Of a DNA stretch of 56,932 nt, positions 10,301 to 19,317 are shown one piece after another; position 1 is the first letter of the stretch; every line of letters begins with the position of its first letter. Origin of the DNA: a virus (Duplodnaviria > Caudoviricetes); the IMG/VR virus record IMGVR_UViG_3300032294_002078, positions 1-56,932 of that record; one strand, written 5' to 3'. The position numbers were made by a program, and so were the translations under genes. A model generated the notes under the pieces. That model was not told where the DNA came from. It made no database searches and saw only the letters and a list, made by a program, of their open reading frames with translations.

Positions 10301-11132
10301 AGATAGCGACAAATATTTTTCTTTTTCTAATAATGTAACACAAAAACACGGATTATCTGTACTTTCTAACTTGCACCATTCAACTAATTTAGCAAAATCA
10401 TTAGGATTTACTCATTTTTTTAGAATTGAATATGATTCTGAAATAAAAAATATAAATAAGATAAAACATATAATGTATGAAACTAAAGATAAAAATGGTT
10501 ACATTTATGTAAATGAAGATAAGTATTTATCTTATCAATTATGGTATTTAAGCTTAGATTATTTTACTAAAATTATGCCTAGTATTAATAAAGAAGAAGA
10601 TTATATAAGTTCTAAATTAAAATTAGGAAGTAAAGAAAATGAATTTATTTTAGTAGAAGATTATTTATTGAGATTATTTAGGAATGATAAAGGATACAAA
10701 GATTTAATAGTTAATACACCGAGTCAAGTAAGAATAGACTTTCCAGATTCATCATGGAATACGATAACATCAGCAGCAGAATCTGATTTTATAGTAGATG
10801 GATTTGTATCTTCTGTTTATAAAGTAGCATATTCAAAAGAAGGGATAGAAGAACAGTATTGTCCTATAGATAACACTAAATTTGCTATCGTTACTTGGAA
10901 TTGCAGTTCTACTAATTATAATAAATCTAAAATTGTTATTAAAAGAAAGAATCAAATAGATGAAATATTAGATCATACAATTTCTGGAACCAATGGTCAT
11001 TCCTATAATATATTTGATTTGACAGATGAAAATATAGAAATAGAAATAATAATGAATGATCATAAATCTAAATTTTACGTAATAAATAAAAATAATATAG
11101 AATCACTACAAACTATTATAGCACTCAAATGA
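7356..11132 (+). CDS. Multidomain glycan enzyme: GT4 + FkbM-family methyltransferase + GT2 + unknown C-terminal domain
   Basis: PHLSTGGMPQY...VGLFTPRKNQ...ADLFLFTS...ETMPLVIREA (GT-B/GT4); LDIGANSG, AFEPN, KIDIEGAE (FkbM); VVIPTYNHEKYIEQCVDSVL, DDCSTD, LDGDD (GT2). Confidence 0.88.
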   Translation: MTIFFIAPHLSTGGMPQYLYKQIEALYKEHIVYCLEWDDVTGGNLVVQRNRIKNLLGNRLITLDQDKHHLFKLIEEFNPSVIHLQEIPEMFMPIDVADKFYSINRKYKIIETSHDSSFDISRKIHFPDKFMMVSQYQVETYKPLNIPIELVEYPIEYKTRTHTREKLMNKLGLDPNKKHVINVGLFTPRKNQAEVIEYARTLKDYPIQFHFIGNQADNFQHYWQPLMKDFPSNCKWWGERSDVDTFFEMADLFLFTSRGHATDKETMPLVIREAISWKTPSLIFNLDVYLDYFNKFSNIDYLDFNIKDENIKLILNKLGMEINKVDQVFDISVIASENKINIQYKKHEPVIYKVSIKEKYSNAPLYWFNANFENSSSWWVVPIPTSASDFSKDYAIGTILIEFYDLNNNLVFSKDLFIKDSDQDKIHLNLDNPFDCLFNNYNEMFLENKYDCYELDTLDLVLDIGANSGLFSLLCANKGVKKVYAFEPNKESLVNLNSVTKNLSVEIVEKAVYTKDEDLKFYIDPTNTTIGSLSKEHLEIHATSLEEVIVPAISLKTFVKQNNIDKISLVKIDIEGAEYEIIDELEDEVFNIIDAFLIEYHDNKNQKVKKLIDKLVSKGFDIDQIRDQNSKNNHNIKDSYATAPLGTIYAKKSIEEKLLTVVIPTYNHEKYIEQCVDSVLRQKTLFNFNVLISDDCSTDSTWKILQKYKNNKNVILNKNKINQGASSLMVSTLLKRVKSEYVTILDGDDFYVDDYKLQKQIDFLQSNSEYSVYSTGYFQKETENPEEEYTKFTCYGIEPEVELLNNIEANYMSFGFMFRNIFKQENYSFPEWFFHEDVFDPYWALHCLLLETGSGRNDRWPGGVYRITPGGAYGEKDWNWKMEVGAKQSKIIKNAYKDIIDLKNKIKPIIIIDAFFHDKKCFTTFKKTLSNLKNTKIPIMLVTNSKFSESLINEVDYILYDNNNRLFKNEYVSDDTVFVWYKDSDKYFSFSNNVTQKHGLSVLSNLHHSTNLAKSLGFTHFFRIEYDSEIKNINKIKHIMYETKDKNGYIYVNEDKYLSYQLWYLSLDYFTKIMPSINKEEDYISSKLKLGSKENEFILVEDYLLRLFRNDKGYKDLIVNTPSQVRIDFPDSSWNTITSAAESDFIVDGFVSSVYKVAYSKEGIEEQYCPIDNTKFAIVTWNCSSTNYNKSKIVIKRKNQIDEILDHTISGTNGHSYNIFDLTDENIEIEIIMNDHKSKFYVINKNNIESLQTIIALK

Positions 11133-13210
11133 AAATAGTTAATGTTACTCCAGGTTTAATTCCTATTCCACCTAATGGTTGGGGAGCAGTGGAAAAAATT
11201 ATATGGGAGATCCATAACTGCCTCCTAAAACTAGGCCATGATCCCAAGATTTCATATCTGGACGAGGTAAATGATTATGATGTAGTTCATATTCATGTGG
11301 CAAACCTAGCGAACCTGGCGCATGAGAGAGGTATTCCTTATTACTTTACTATGCATGATCACCACGCCTATCTTTATGGGAAAGATTCTAGTGCATATAA
11401 AGAAAATTTATTAGCTATAAAAAATGCGCAAAAAGCATTTGTACCGGCTAAATTCTTAGTAGATTACTTTGAAGGAATACCAGAATACTTTTCTCATGGT
11501 GTAAACACAGATTACTTTACTCCTACAGGAGTTAAAGAACATAAATTGTTATGCGTAGCAAATAATGGATTTATTCATGATCAATCTGAAGATAGAAAAG
11601 GATTTAATTATGCTATTGAAGCCGCTAAACAATTGAATCTTCCTATTACTATAGCAGGACCTAGTAATAACAAAAACTATTTTGAAAAGTTTCCTTCTGA
11701 CTACAATAAGCTCACTATTCTTTATGATTTAACTGAAGACGAATTAAGAGACTTATATAAAGAGCATAGTATATTTGTTCATGCATCTATATTAGAAGCA
11801 GGACATCCTAATTTAACTTTACTTGAAGCCATGGCATCAGGTCTTCCTGTAGTAGGGACTTATGAAGATAATAATGATCTAAAAGGCTTAATCAAAGTAA
11901 AAAGAAATACAAATCAAATAGTAGAAGCTATATCTAAATTAATAAACCCAATAAAGTATCTTAGATATTCTAAACTAGCTAAAACAACAGCATTAGAATT
12001 GTCGTGGATGAATAGAACAAAAGAGTTAGTAAAAAAATATTCTAATACTATGAAAGATCAACTTATACAAGGTTATGAAAATACAGAAATATTAGCAATA
12101 CCTTCAAAAGAATCTATTCCTCAATTTAATATCAATTTTATTCAAGGCGCTTTCTTTGAAATTGTTGGAGGAAAAAAATTAGATTATGAAGTATCTTTTA
12201 CAGATAATAAAACAAATGAAGTTTTACATTCAGGTAAAATATCCTCTAACTGTTGGATTAAAGCTAGTAAACAAAATTTTATTGATTGGAAAATAATAGC
12301 ATTAGATGGAATTCATGAATATGAATATAATTTAGACTTAAAAGATAAAAGAGTATATATTGCATTAGATTCTAAATCTTTAGGCGATACTTTAGCATGG
12401 TTTCCTTATATAGAAGAGTTTCAAAAAAAGTATAATTGTAAAATAATAACATCAACATTTTGGAATCACTTTTTTGAAAAAGAATATCCTAATTTTGAGT
12501 TTGTTAAACCTGGAGAAACTGTTAATAACCTTTATGCAATGTATACTATAGGATGGTTTTATAATGAAGATGGAACTATTGATTATAATAAGAATCCTAG
12601 AGATTTTAAACACATTCCACTTCAACAAACAGCATCTGATATTTTAGGTTTAGAGTATAAAGAACTAAGACCTAGACTATCTGTTGATAAAAACATAAAG
12701 AAAGAAAAACTAATTTCAATAGCGGTACATAGTACAGCGCAAGCTAAATACTGGAATAATAAAACAGGTTGGCAAAAGGTAGTTGATTATGTAAAAAGTC
12801 TTGGATATAGAGTTATTATGCTGTCAAAAGAAGAAGACGGTTATATGGGCAATGCTAATCCTAAAGGAATAGAATATCTTTATAATACCAGTATAGAAAA
12901 AACAATAGAAATACTACAAAAATCAGAAATGTTTATTGGTATTAGTAGTGGTCTTAGTTGGCTTAGTTGGGCACTAGGAACTAAAACATGCGTAGTATCT
13001 GGATTTTCTGATCCTATAACTGAATTTGAAGATGTAATTAGAATATATACAAAAAATGGATTCTGTAGAGGTTGTTTTAATACACATCAGTTAGATGCTG
13101 GGGATTGGAATTGGTGTCCAAAACATAAAGGAACACAAAGACAGTTTGAATGCAGCAAAACAATATCAGGAGAAGAAGTTATAAAAGCCATTGAAAAGCA
13201 TATTTCTTAG
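11129..13210 (+). CDS. GT4 glycosyltransferase fused to a TibC/Aah-like (autotransporter heptosyltransferase family) domain
   Basis: IPPNGWGAVE...EAGHPNLTLLEAMASGLPVV (GT4). Then SLGDTLAWFPY, STAQAKYWNN, FIGISSGLSWLSWA, SGFS.P..EF and CRGC...WCPKHKGTQRQFEC (four-Cys iron finger). ATGA overlap with the upstream gene. Confidence 0.88.
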   Translation: MKIVNVTPGLIPIPPNGWGAVEKIIWEIHNCLLKLGHDPKISYLDEVNDYDVVHIHVANLANLAHERGIPYYFTMHDHHAYLYGKDSSAYKENLLAIKNAQKAFVPAKFLVDYFEGIPEYFSHGVNTDYFTPTGVKEHKLLCVANNGFIHDQSEDRKGFNYAIEAAKQLNLPITIAGPSNNKNYFEKFPSDYNKLTILYDLTEDELRDLYKEHSIFVHASILEAGHPNLTLLEAMASGLPVVGTYEDNNDLKGLIKVKRNTNQIVEAISKLINPIKYLRYSKLAKTTALELSWMNRTKELVKKYSNTMKDQLIQGYENTEILAIPSKESIPQFNINFIQGAFFEIVGGKKLDYEVSFTDNKTNEVLHSGKISSNCWIKASKQNFIDWKIIALDGIHEYEYNLDLKDKRVYIALDSKSLGDTLAWFPYIEEFQKKYNCKIITSTFWNHFFEKEYPNFEFVKPGETVNNLYAMYTIGWFYNEDGTIDYNKNPRDFKHIPLQQTASDILGLEYKELRPRLSVDKNIKKEKLISIAVHSTAQAKYWNNKTGWQKVVDYVKSLGYRVIMLSKEEDGYMGNANPKGIEYLYNTSIEKTIEILQKSEMFIGISSGLSWLSWALGTKTCVVSGFSDPITEFEDVIRIYTKNGFCRGCFNTHQLDAGDWNWCPKHKGTQRQFECSKTISGEEVIKAIEKHIS

Positions 13211-13254
13211 TATAATTTATAAATCCCAAATATGTATTAGAAAGATAGTCCGAG

Positions 13255-16200
13255 ATGGGATTTCGTATAGAAGCGCCTAAACAAGACGGTAACGCCAGGT
13301 TCAACACTCTTAAAGTTAATCTAAATGAAAATAATTTAGCTACTAGAGTAGTTGTTGTAGATGAAGAAGGCAAGTTCTACTATGGATCTGGCGGTGGAGG
13401 TGGCACTGGAGGAACTAATGGTACATCTGGAGCTAATGGATCATCTGGAACCTCAGGAACCGGTTTTAATACTATATCTAATCCACAACTAGGTAGAGTT
13501 TTATTATCAGATGGCTCTACAAATTCTGCTATAGCATCTACAAATTTAAATTTTTTAAATAATACGCTTCAAGTAACAGGAAGTTTAATAGCAGATAGTC
13601 TATTAATAAATTCTGATGTATTTGAGTTTACAGGATCATTAAGAGTTTTAGGTGGAATTACAGGTTCACTTCAAGGTACTTCTAGTTGGGCAATAAATGC
13701 TTTAACAGCATCGTCTGCTGATAGCTTTATTGTTAGATCAGACAAGTTTGAATTTACAGGTTCTTTAGAGGTATTAGGTGGAATTACGGGTTCTTTATTA
13801 GGAACTTCTAGTTACGCATTAACGGCTTCACACGCACTAAATGTTCAAGGCACCGCTAGTTGGGCATATAATGCTTTAACAGCATCATCCGCTGATGACT
13901 TTTATATAAGAGCAGACAAGTTTGAATTTACAGGCTCTCTTGAAGTATTAGGAGGTATTACTGGATCTTTACTAGGAACGGCTAGTTATGCGGTTACAGC
14001 TTCACATGCACTAAATGTAGTAGGTACTGCAAGTTGGGCGTATAACGCACTAACAGCGTCTTCCGCAGACGATTTCTACATCAGAGCTGATAAGTTTGAA
14101 TTTACAGGCTCTCTTGAAGTAGACGGGGGAATTACGGGATCTTTATTAGGAACAGCTTCTTATGCAATTACTGCTTCCCACGCACTAAATGTAGTTGGAA
14201 CAGCAAGTTGGGCATATAATGCTTTAACAGCATCATCTGCTGATGACTTTTTAGTTAGAGGTACTTTAACCGCACAAACTATTGTTGCTCAAGTAATTAC
14301 TTCTAGTACACAATATATAACTGGCTCAACTATATTCGGGTCTCAACTTTCTAATACCCATCAATTTACTGGCTCTGTTTATATAACTGGAAGTTTAACA
14401 ACTGATGATTTAACAGTTTTAGCAGACAATTTTGAATTTACAGGTTCACTTGAAGTACTAGGAGGCATTACTGGATCGTTATTAGGTACTTCTAGTTACG
14501 CAATAACTGCGTCACATGCATTAAACGTAGTAGGAACTGCTTCTTGGGCATATAATGCTTTAACAGCATCATCCGCTGATGACTTTTATATAAGAGCAGA
14601 CAAGTTTGAATTTACAGGCTCTCTTGAAGTTAATGGTGGAATTACTGGTTCACTATATGGAACTTCTAGTTGGGCAGTAAGCGCGTCTTGGTCACCAGGA
14701 TCAACCCAATCAGATACTGCATCTTATGTATCATCTTCTAATGTATATGGTCCTTATGGATTTGATAGTATACAAACAGCATCATTTGCTTTTACAGCAT
14801 CATCCGCCGATAGCTTTATTGTTAGATCTGACAAGTTTGAATTTACTGGTTCACTTGAAGTACTAGGATTTATAACAAGTAGTGGAGATCTTTTTATAAG
14901 AAGTACAACATCAGAACCCATAACAATAGGTAGAGGTTTTTATTCTGCTAGTAATGATAACAATATAGTTTTTGGACATGCTTCTTTAGTAAATGCTGTA
15001 AGCAGCTCAGATCGCAATATAGCTATAGGAGACTATGCATTAAATACACTAGTTTCCGGAATTGAAAACGTTGCTATAGGATATGGCGCTTTAAGATACG
15101 CAATAAATAATAGAAATACTGCTGTAGGTGCTTATGCTTTATTCTATACAACAGGATCTACAGGCTTTAGAAATAATGCATTTGGTGCTTATGCTCTAGC
15201 TTTCAACACTACTGGTGAAGTAAATAATGCATTTGGTTCTTATGCTCTATATAGAAATACTGTAGATGATTATAATGCTGCATTTGGTGATTTTGGTTTA
15301 TTTAATCTATCAACTGGATCTTCTAATGCAGCACTAGGACAAGCAGCAGGATATAATTTAAGGTCTGGAGAGGGTAATGTAATTATTGGTAGAGGAGCAG
15401 CTCCTAGTTTATTATCAGGTAGTAATAATACTATTATAGGTGCAATAACACCAAGTGCTGATATTAACACACCAGTCTTCGGCCTTTTAACTGGTAGTTA
15501 TAATACAATTATAGGATCAAATATAAAAGGACTATCTTCTATTCTTGACAATAATATTATTATTGCTGATGGTCAAGGTACTATAAGAGCATGGCATAAT
15601 GCAATAAGCTGGTCATTTTCAGGTTCAGTAGTTGCACCTCAAGGATTTACAGGTTCACTTCAAGGTACTTCTAGTTGGGCAATAAATGCTTTAACAGCAT
15701 CGTCTGCAGATAATTTTTATGTTAGATCAGACAAGTTTGAATTTACTGGTTCTTTAGAAGTGTTAGGTGGAATTACAGGATCTTTATATGGTACAGCAAG
15801 TTGGGCAGTAAGTGCATCATGGACACCTGCTTCAATACAATCTGATACAGCTTCTTTTGTAACTGCATCAAATGTATGGGGACCGTTTGGGTCTAATAGT
15901 ATAAGAAGCGCATCATATGCAGCAACAGCATCATCCGCTGATAGCTTTATTGTTAGATCAGACAAGTTTGAATTTACTGGTTCTTTAGAAGTGTTAGGTG
16001 GAATTACAGGATCTCTATTAGGTACAGCTAGTTTTGCTACAACCGCTTCATATGCTTTAAATGCAGGATCAACATTTCCTTTTTCAGGATCTGCTGTTAT
16101 AACAGGAAGTCTTTTAATTTCCGGTAGTGGATTGAGTACTCAGTTTATATCTAATGCAAATAATCCACTTTATATCTATACGTTTAATGATCCTAGTAAT

Positions 16201-16869
16201 TCTACTTATGGAAGACTGAGGTTTTACTATGATTCTATTCAGCATAGAATAACTAGTGAAGGCGCAGGCGGGGCTTCGAGAGATTTAGGATTAATGGGTG
16301 GAGGTGCAGGTGGACAGTTGTATTTAGGAACAGGTGGTACAAACAGATGGTATATTACAGGTACATTTAATGCTTTAGGATCAGGACATTTTTTACCAGT
16401 AGGAGATAATCTTTATAATATTGGAGATCCAACTGCTAGGGTTGCTAATTACTATGGGGTAGGAAGCTATATATCTAATTTATTAAATGTAACCGGATCT
16501 GCAAATATTTCAGGAAGTGTAATAATAACAGGATCTTTAAATCTTAACGGAACTGCTACAGTAACAACTTTAGTAGAAACGTCTACTAGAACATTAAAAG
16601 AAAATATACAAAATTATTCAATAGATTTAGAAAAATTTAAAAACTTAAATCCTGTTACATTTAATTGGAAAGATACTAAAAAAGAAGATATAGGTCTAAT
16701 AGCAGAAGAATTAGAAAATCTATTTCCTGAATTTGTATCTAAAGATGATACAGGAAATCCTATAGGTATACAGTATGGAAAACTAGGTATTATATTTATA
16801 AACGTAATAAAGGAGCAACAAAAAAGAATAGAATTATTAGAGAATCAAGTTAAACAATTAATTAAGTAA
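13255..16869 (+). CDS. Long tail fibre-like protein with 58-aa tandem repeats, YadA-like repeats and C-terminal S74 intramolecular chaperone
   Basis: Repeats of DKFEFTGSLEVLGGITGSLLGTAS...; N.AIG..AL repeats; STRTLKENI...LNPVTFNWK...IGLIAEE...Y...IKEQQKRI. Confidence 0.85.
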   Translation: MGFRIEAPKQDGNARFNTLKVNLNENNLATRVVVVDEEGKFYYGSGGGGGTGGTNGTSGANGSSGTSGTGFNTISNPQLGRVLLSDGSTNSAIASTNLNFLNNTLQVTGSLIADSLLINSDVFEFTGSLRVLGGITGSLQGTSSWAINALTASSADSFIVRSDKFEFTGSLEVLGGITGSLLGTSSYALTASHALNVQGTASWAYNALTASSADDFYIRADKFEFTGSLEVLGGITGSLLGTASYAVTASHALNVVGTASWAYNALTASSADDFYIRADKFEFTGSLEVDGGITGSLLGTASYAITASHALNVVGTASWAYNALTASSADDFLVRGTLTAQTIVAQVITSSTQYITGSTIFGSQLSNTHQFTGSVYITGSLTTDDLTVLADNFEFTGSLEVLGGITGSLLGTSSYAITASHALNVVGTASWAYNALTASSADDFYIRADKFEFTGSLEVNGGITGSLYGTSSWAVSASWSPGSTQSDTASYVSSSNVYGPYGFDSIQTASFAFTASSADSFIVRSDKFEFTGSLEVLGFITSSGDLFIRSTTSEPITIGRGFYSASNDNNIVFGHASLVNAVSSSDRNIAIGDYALNTLVSGIENVAIGYGALRYAINNRNTAVGAYALFYTTGSTGFRNNAFGAYALAFNTTGEVNNAFGSYALYRNTVDDYNAAFGDFGLFNLSTGSSNAALGQAAGYNLRSGEGNVIIGRGAAPSLLSGSNNTIIGAITPSADINTPVFGLLTGSYNTIIGSNIKGLSSILDNNIIIADGQGTIRAWHNAISWSFSGSVVAPQGFTGSLQGTSSWAINALTASSADNFYVRSDKFEFTGSLEVLGGITGSLYGTASWAVSASWTPASIQSDTASFVTASNVWGPFGSNSIRSASYAATASSADSFIVRSDKFEFTGSLEVLGGITGSLLGTASFATTASYALNAGSTFPFSGSAVITGSLLISGSGLSTQFISNANNPLYIYTFNDPSNSTYGRLRFYYDSIQHRITSEGAGGASRDLGLMGGGAGGQLYLGTGGTNRWYITGTFNALGSGHFLPVGDNLYNIGDPTARVANYYGVGSYISNLLNVTGSANISGSVIITGSLNLNGTATVTTLVETSTRTLKENIQNYSIDLEKFKNLNPVTFNWKDTKKEDIGLIAEELENLFPEFVSKDDTGNPIGIQYGKLGIIFINVIKEQQKRIELLENQVKQLIK
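13658..16050 (+). repeat. 174-bp (58-aa) intragenic repeat family, tandem and dispersed
   Basis: GAYAAGTTTGAA at 13741, 13915 and 14089 (174-nt period). 13861-13946 is identical to 14545-14630; 13658-13718 is identical to 15647-15707. Confidence 0.9.
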
Positions 16870-16870
16870 A

Positions 16871-17386
16871 ATGGCTCAATTACAAAGTACATCTATTACA
16901 GGCTCTTTAACAGCTTCTTTATTAGAAGCAAATAGCTTGTTAATTAGCGCAGATGTATTTGAATTTACTGGTTCACTAAAAGTTTTAGGTAGTATAACCG
17001 GGTCTTTATTAGGCACATCTAGTTTTGCTTTAACTGCTTCTTACTTAGAAGGATCTAATATACAAGGAATTTCTGGATTTAGAATAGGAACCGGAAGTGT
17101 GTCTGCTAGTGTAAATGTAACTCCTCAAAATTTATTTTTAATTAATTCTGGATTTACACAATATTTTAATATATCTAGTTCAGGAGATACAGACATATAT
17201 AGTAATTTATTTATAGTTCGTAATTTTACAACAAAACAACCAGTTTTAACAGTTAGTCAGAGTATAATTCAGATAGCAACGCAGTCTTTTGATCCAACAG
17301 GAAATACTAAAGCTGGATCTATTTGGTTTACATCTGCGTCAATGTATGTAGGATTGGAAGAGTACACATACATTGAACCTAACTAA
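16871..17386 (+). CDS. Short fibre-associated protein sharing the ADVFEFTGSL motif
   Basis: Shares a repeat motif with the flanking fibre genes. Confidence 0.7.
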   Translation: MAQLQSTSITGSLTASLLEANSLLISADVFEFTGSLKVLGSITGSLLGTSSFALTASYLEGSNIQGISGFRIGTGSVSASVNVTPQNLFLINSGFTQYFNISSSGDTDIYSNLFIVRNFTTKQPVLTVSQSIIQIATQSFDPTGNTKAGSIWFTSASMYVGLEEYTYIEPN

Positions 17387-17430
17387 CTTATTTAGATAGA
17401 GTATATTTATTAATAGATAAAAAAAATTAA

Positions 17431-18756
17431 ATGGCAACTTGGAAAAAAGTCATAACCTCTGGTAGTCAGGCAGAACTTGCAACATTAGGAGTAGATAGTT
17501 CGTTTATAGTAAATGCTGATGTATTTCAATTTACTGGTTCTATAAGACTGCAAGGAGGAATAACTGGATCTTCAACCGGTGTAACTTTATTAGGCACATC
17601 TAGTTTTGCAATTAGTGCATCATATTCCCCAGGATCAGATCAATCACAAACTGCTGTTAATTCTGTAATTACTGATACTACAACAGGAGCTGGCCCTTAT
17701 TATGTTACTTTTGTAGATGGTACAACAGGTAACAGAGGCATTAGAGTTGATAGTAATACATTAACATTTAATGCATCAACTAATACTTTAAGTGTTACTA
17801 ATATAACTAGTAGTTTATTTGGTACTTCTTCTTGGGCTCAAAATGCTTTAGTTGCTAGTGCATCTACAGTTACTGACACTACAACAGGTGTTGGTCCTTT
17901 TTATGTTACTTTTGTAGATGGCACAACAGGTAATAGACCATTAAGAGTTGATAGTGCAACTTTGACTTTTAATGCTACAGATAATTTATTAACTGTAACA
18001 GCTTCACGCGCTATAACTTCTTCAAATGCAAATACAGCATCTTTAGCTTTATCAGCAGCTCAAGTAGCAAATTCTTTAACTGCTGGGGCAGGTTTAACAG
18101 GAACAACATTTAATGGTTCTGCCGCATCAACTTTTGATGTAGGAGCAGGAGCTTTAATTACTGTATTAGCAGATGCTGTTCAAGTGTCTACGTCGTCTCT
18201 TACAACAAATCAAATTCCTAGATTAGGATCAAATACTTTAGCAGGATCTAATATATCAGATACTGGAACACAAGTACAAATTGCAGCAGGTGCATCTTCT
18301 GGTTTAAGTATAGCCGCAGGCGGTATAACAGTTACTGGAAATTCTACATTCAATAATAACTTAACGGTAACTGGCGACTTAACAGTTGCAGGTACGGCTA
18401 GTTTTCAAAATACACAAAACTTATTAATTGGAGATAGATTTGCAGCATTAGCTTCAGGATCTACTACATTAACAGAAGGTGGTATTATAATTGTTTCATC
18501 CACTGGTGCAGGAGGAATGTCTGGATCTGCTTTTTATTTAGAAGCAACAGATGCAGGTACATATGGAAGATTTGCTGTAGCGTTTAACGTTCATGCGTCC
18601 GCATCAGCAATTACCACTCCAGATGAATATGCAGTAACAGCAAAAATATCACCATCATCTAATCCATCGGCAGCTCCAACATGGGGTGGCGCTAATAATG
18701 GTTCTGGTAATATGTGGATTAAAAACGACACTGGAGATATATTTATATATGCATAA
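17431..18756 (+). CDS. Virion fibre/structural protein (MATWKKVITSGS N-terminus)
   Basis: Ser/Thr/Gly-rich; internal duplication TDTTTG.GP.YVTFVDGTTGNR..RVDS.TLTFNA. Confidence 0.7.
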   Translation: MATWKKVITSGSQAELATLGVDSSFIVNADVFQFTGSIRLQGGITGSSTGVTLLGTSSFAISASYSPGSDQSQTAVNSVITDTTTGAGPYYVTFVDGTTGNRGIRVDSNTLTFNASTNTLSVTNITSSLFGTSSWAQNALVASASTVTDTTTGVGPFYVTFVDGTTGNRPLRVDSATLTFNATDNLLTVTASRAITSSNANTASLALSAAQVANSLTAGAGLTGTTFNGSAASTFDVGAGALITVLADAVQVSTSSLTTNQIPRLGSNTLAGSNISDTGTQVQIAAGASSGLSIAAGGITVTGNSTFNNNLTVTGDLTVAGTASFQNTQNLLIGDRFAALASGSTTLTEGGIIIVSSTGAGGMSGSAFYLEATDAGTYGRFAVAFNVHASASAITTPDEYAVTAKISPSSNPSAAPTWGGANNGSGNMWIKNDTGDIFIYA

Positions 18757-18772
18757 AATAATATAATTAGTT

Positions 18773-18985
18773 ATGGCATTTAATTTAAAACAAGTTATAG
18801 TTGCTGGAGAGCCTACTTCTTTAACAGATACAGGGAAGGCTATAAAACCAAGTGATTTATCTAAAGAAGAATTAGAATATCTACTAACACTTCTTAAGAA
18901 TGCAGATCTTAAAGGACATCAAATAGAGATGTTCTATTCAATGATAGTCAAATTACAAAACCAATATGTTTCAGTAAATAAATAG
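18773..18985 (+). CDS. Small hypothetical protein
   Basis: 70-aa helical ORF with AGTT-ATG start context. Confidence 0.7.
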   Translation: MAFNLKQVIVAGEPTSLTDTGKAIKPSDLSKEELEYLLTLLKNADLKGHQIEMFYSMIVKLQNQYVSVNK

Positions 18986-18991
18986 TAAGTT

Positions 18992-19234
18992 ATGTTAGAT
19001 ATATTCTCTATTGATCTCACACAAAATGAGATTTTATTTGTTAGACAGGCGCTAGACCTGGTAACAGTTTCAGGAAAAGATGCAAAATTCCTTGCTAATC
19101 TTCAAATTAAAATAGAACAAGAGCTTTTAGATATAGAAGCCCAAAAAAGAAAAGAAGAAGAAAAAAAGCAAGTAGAACTACAACAAATTGTTCAACACGA
19201 GCAAACAAAGTCAGTGGGTAAAAAGAACTCCTGA
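18992..19234 (+). CDS. Small coiled-coil hypothetical protein
   Basis: 80-aa ORF with E/K/Q-rich C-terminus. Confidence 0.7.
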   Translation: MLDIFSIDLTQNEILFVRQALDLVTVSGKDAKFLANLQIKIEQELLDIEAQKRKEEEKKQVELQQIVQHEQTKSVGKKNS

Positions 19235-19250
19235 TATTTATAATAGAATA

Positions 19251-19309
19251 ATTTGTCGGCCCGAAAGGGAAGTAGGCTTAACATAGTGTTAAGTTTCTAA
19301 CCACAAAAT
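19251..19309 (+). ncRNA. Putative structured 5' leader RNA (three-way junction) upstream of a tail fibre gene
   Basis: TTTGT-C-GG pairs with CCACAAA; CCC-GAAA-GGG hairpin; CTTAACA-TAG-TGTTAAG hairpin. Confidence 0.55.
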
Positions 19310-19317
19310 GTAGTTGA

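Noticed and set aside
13658-14630. Possible CRISPR-like array from regular repeats
   Set aside because: Repeats are in-frame coding units with synonymous variation and no unique spacers.
19251-19309. tRNA or hammerhead ribozyme reading of the structured leader
   Set aside because: No T-loop or cloverleaf, and no CUGANGA core.
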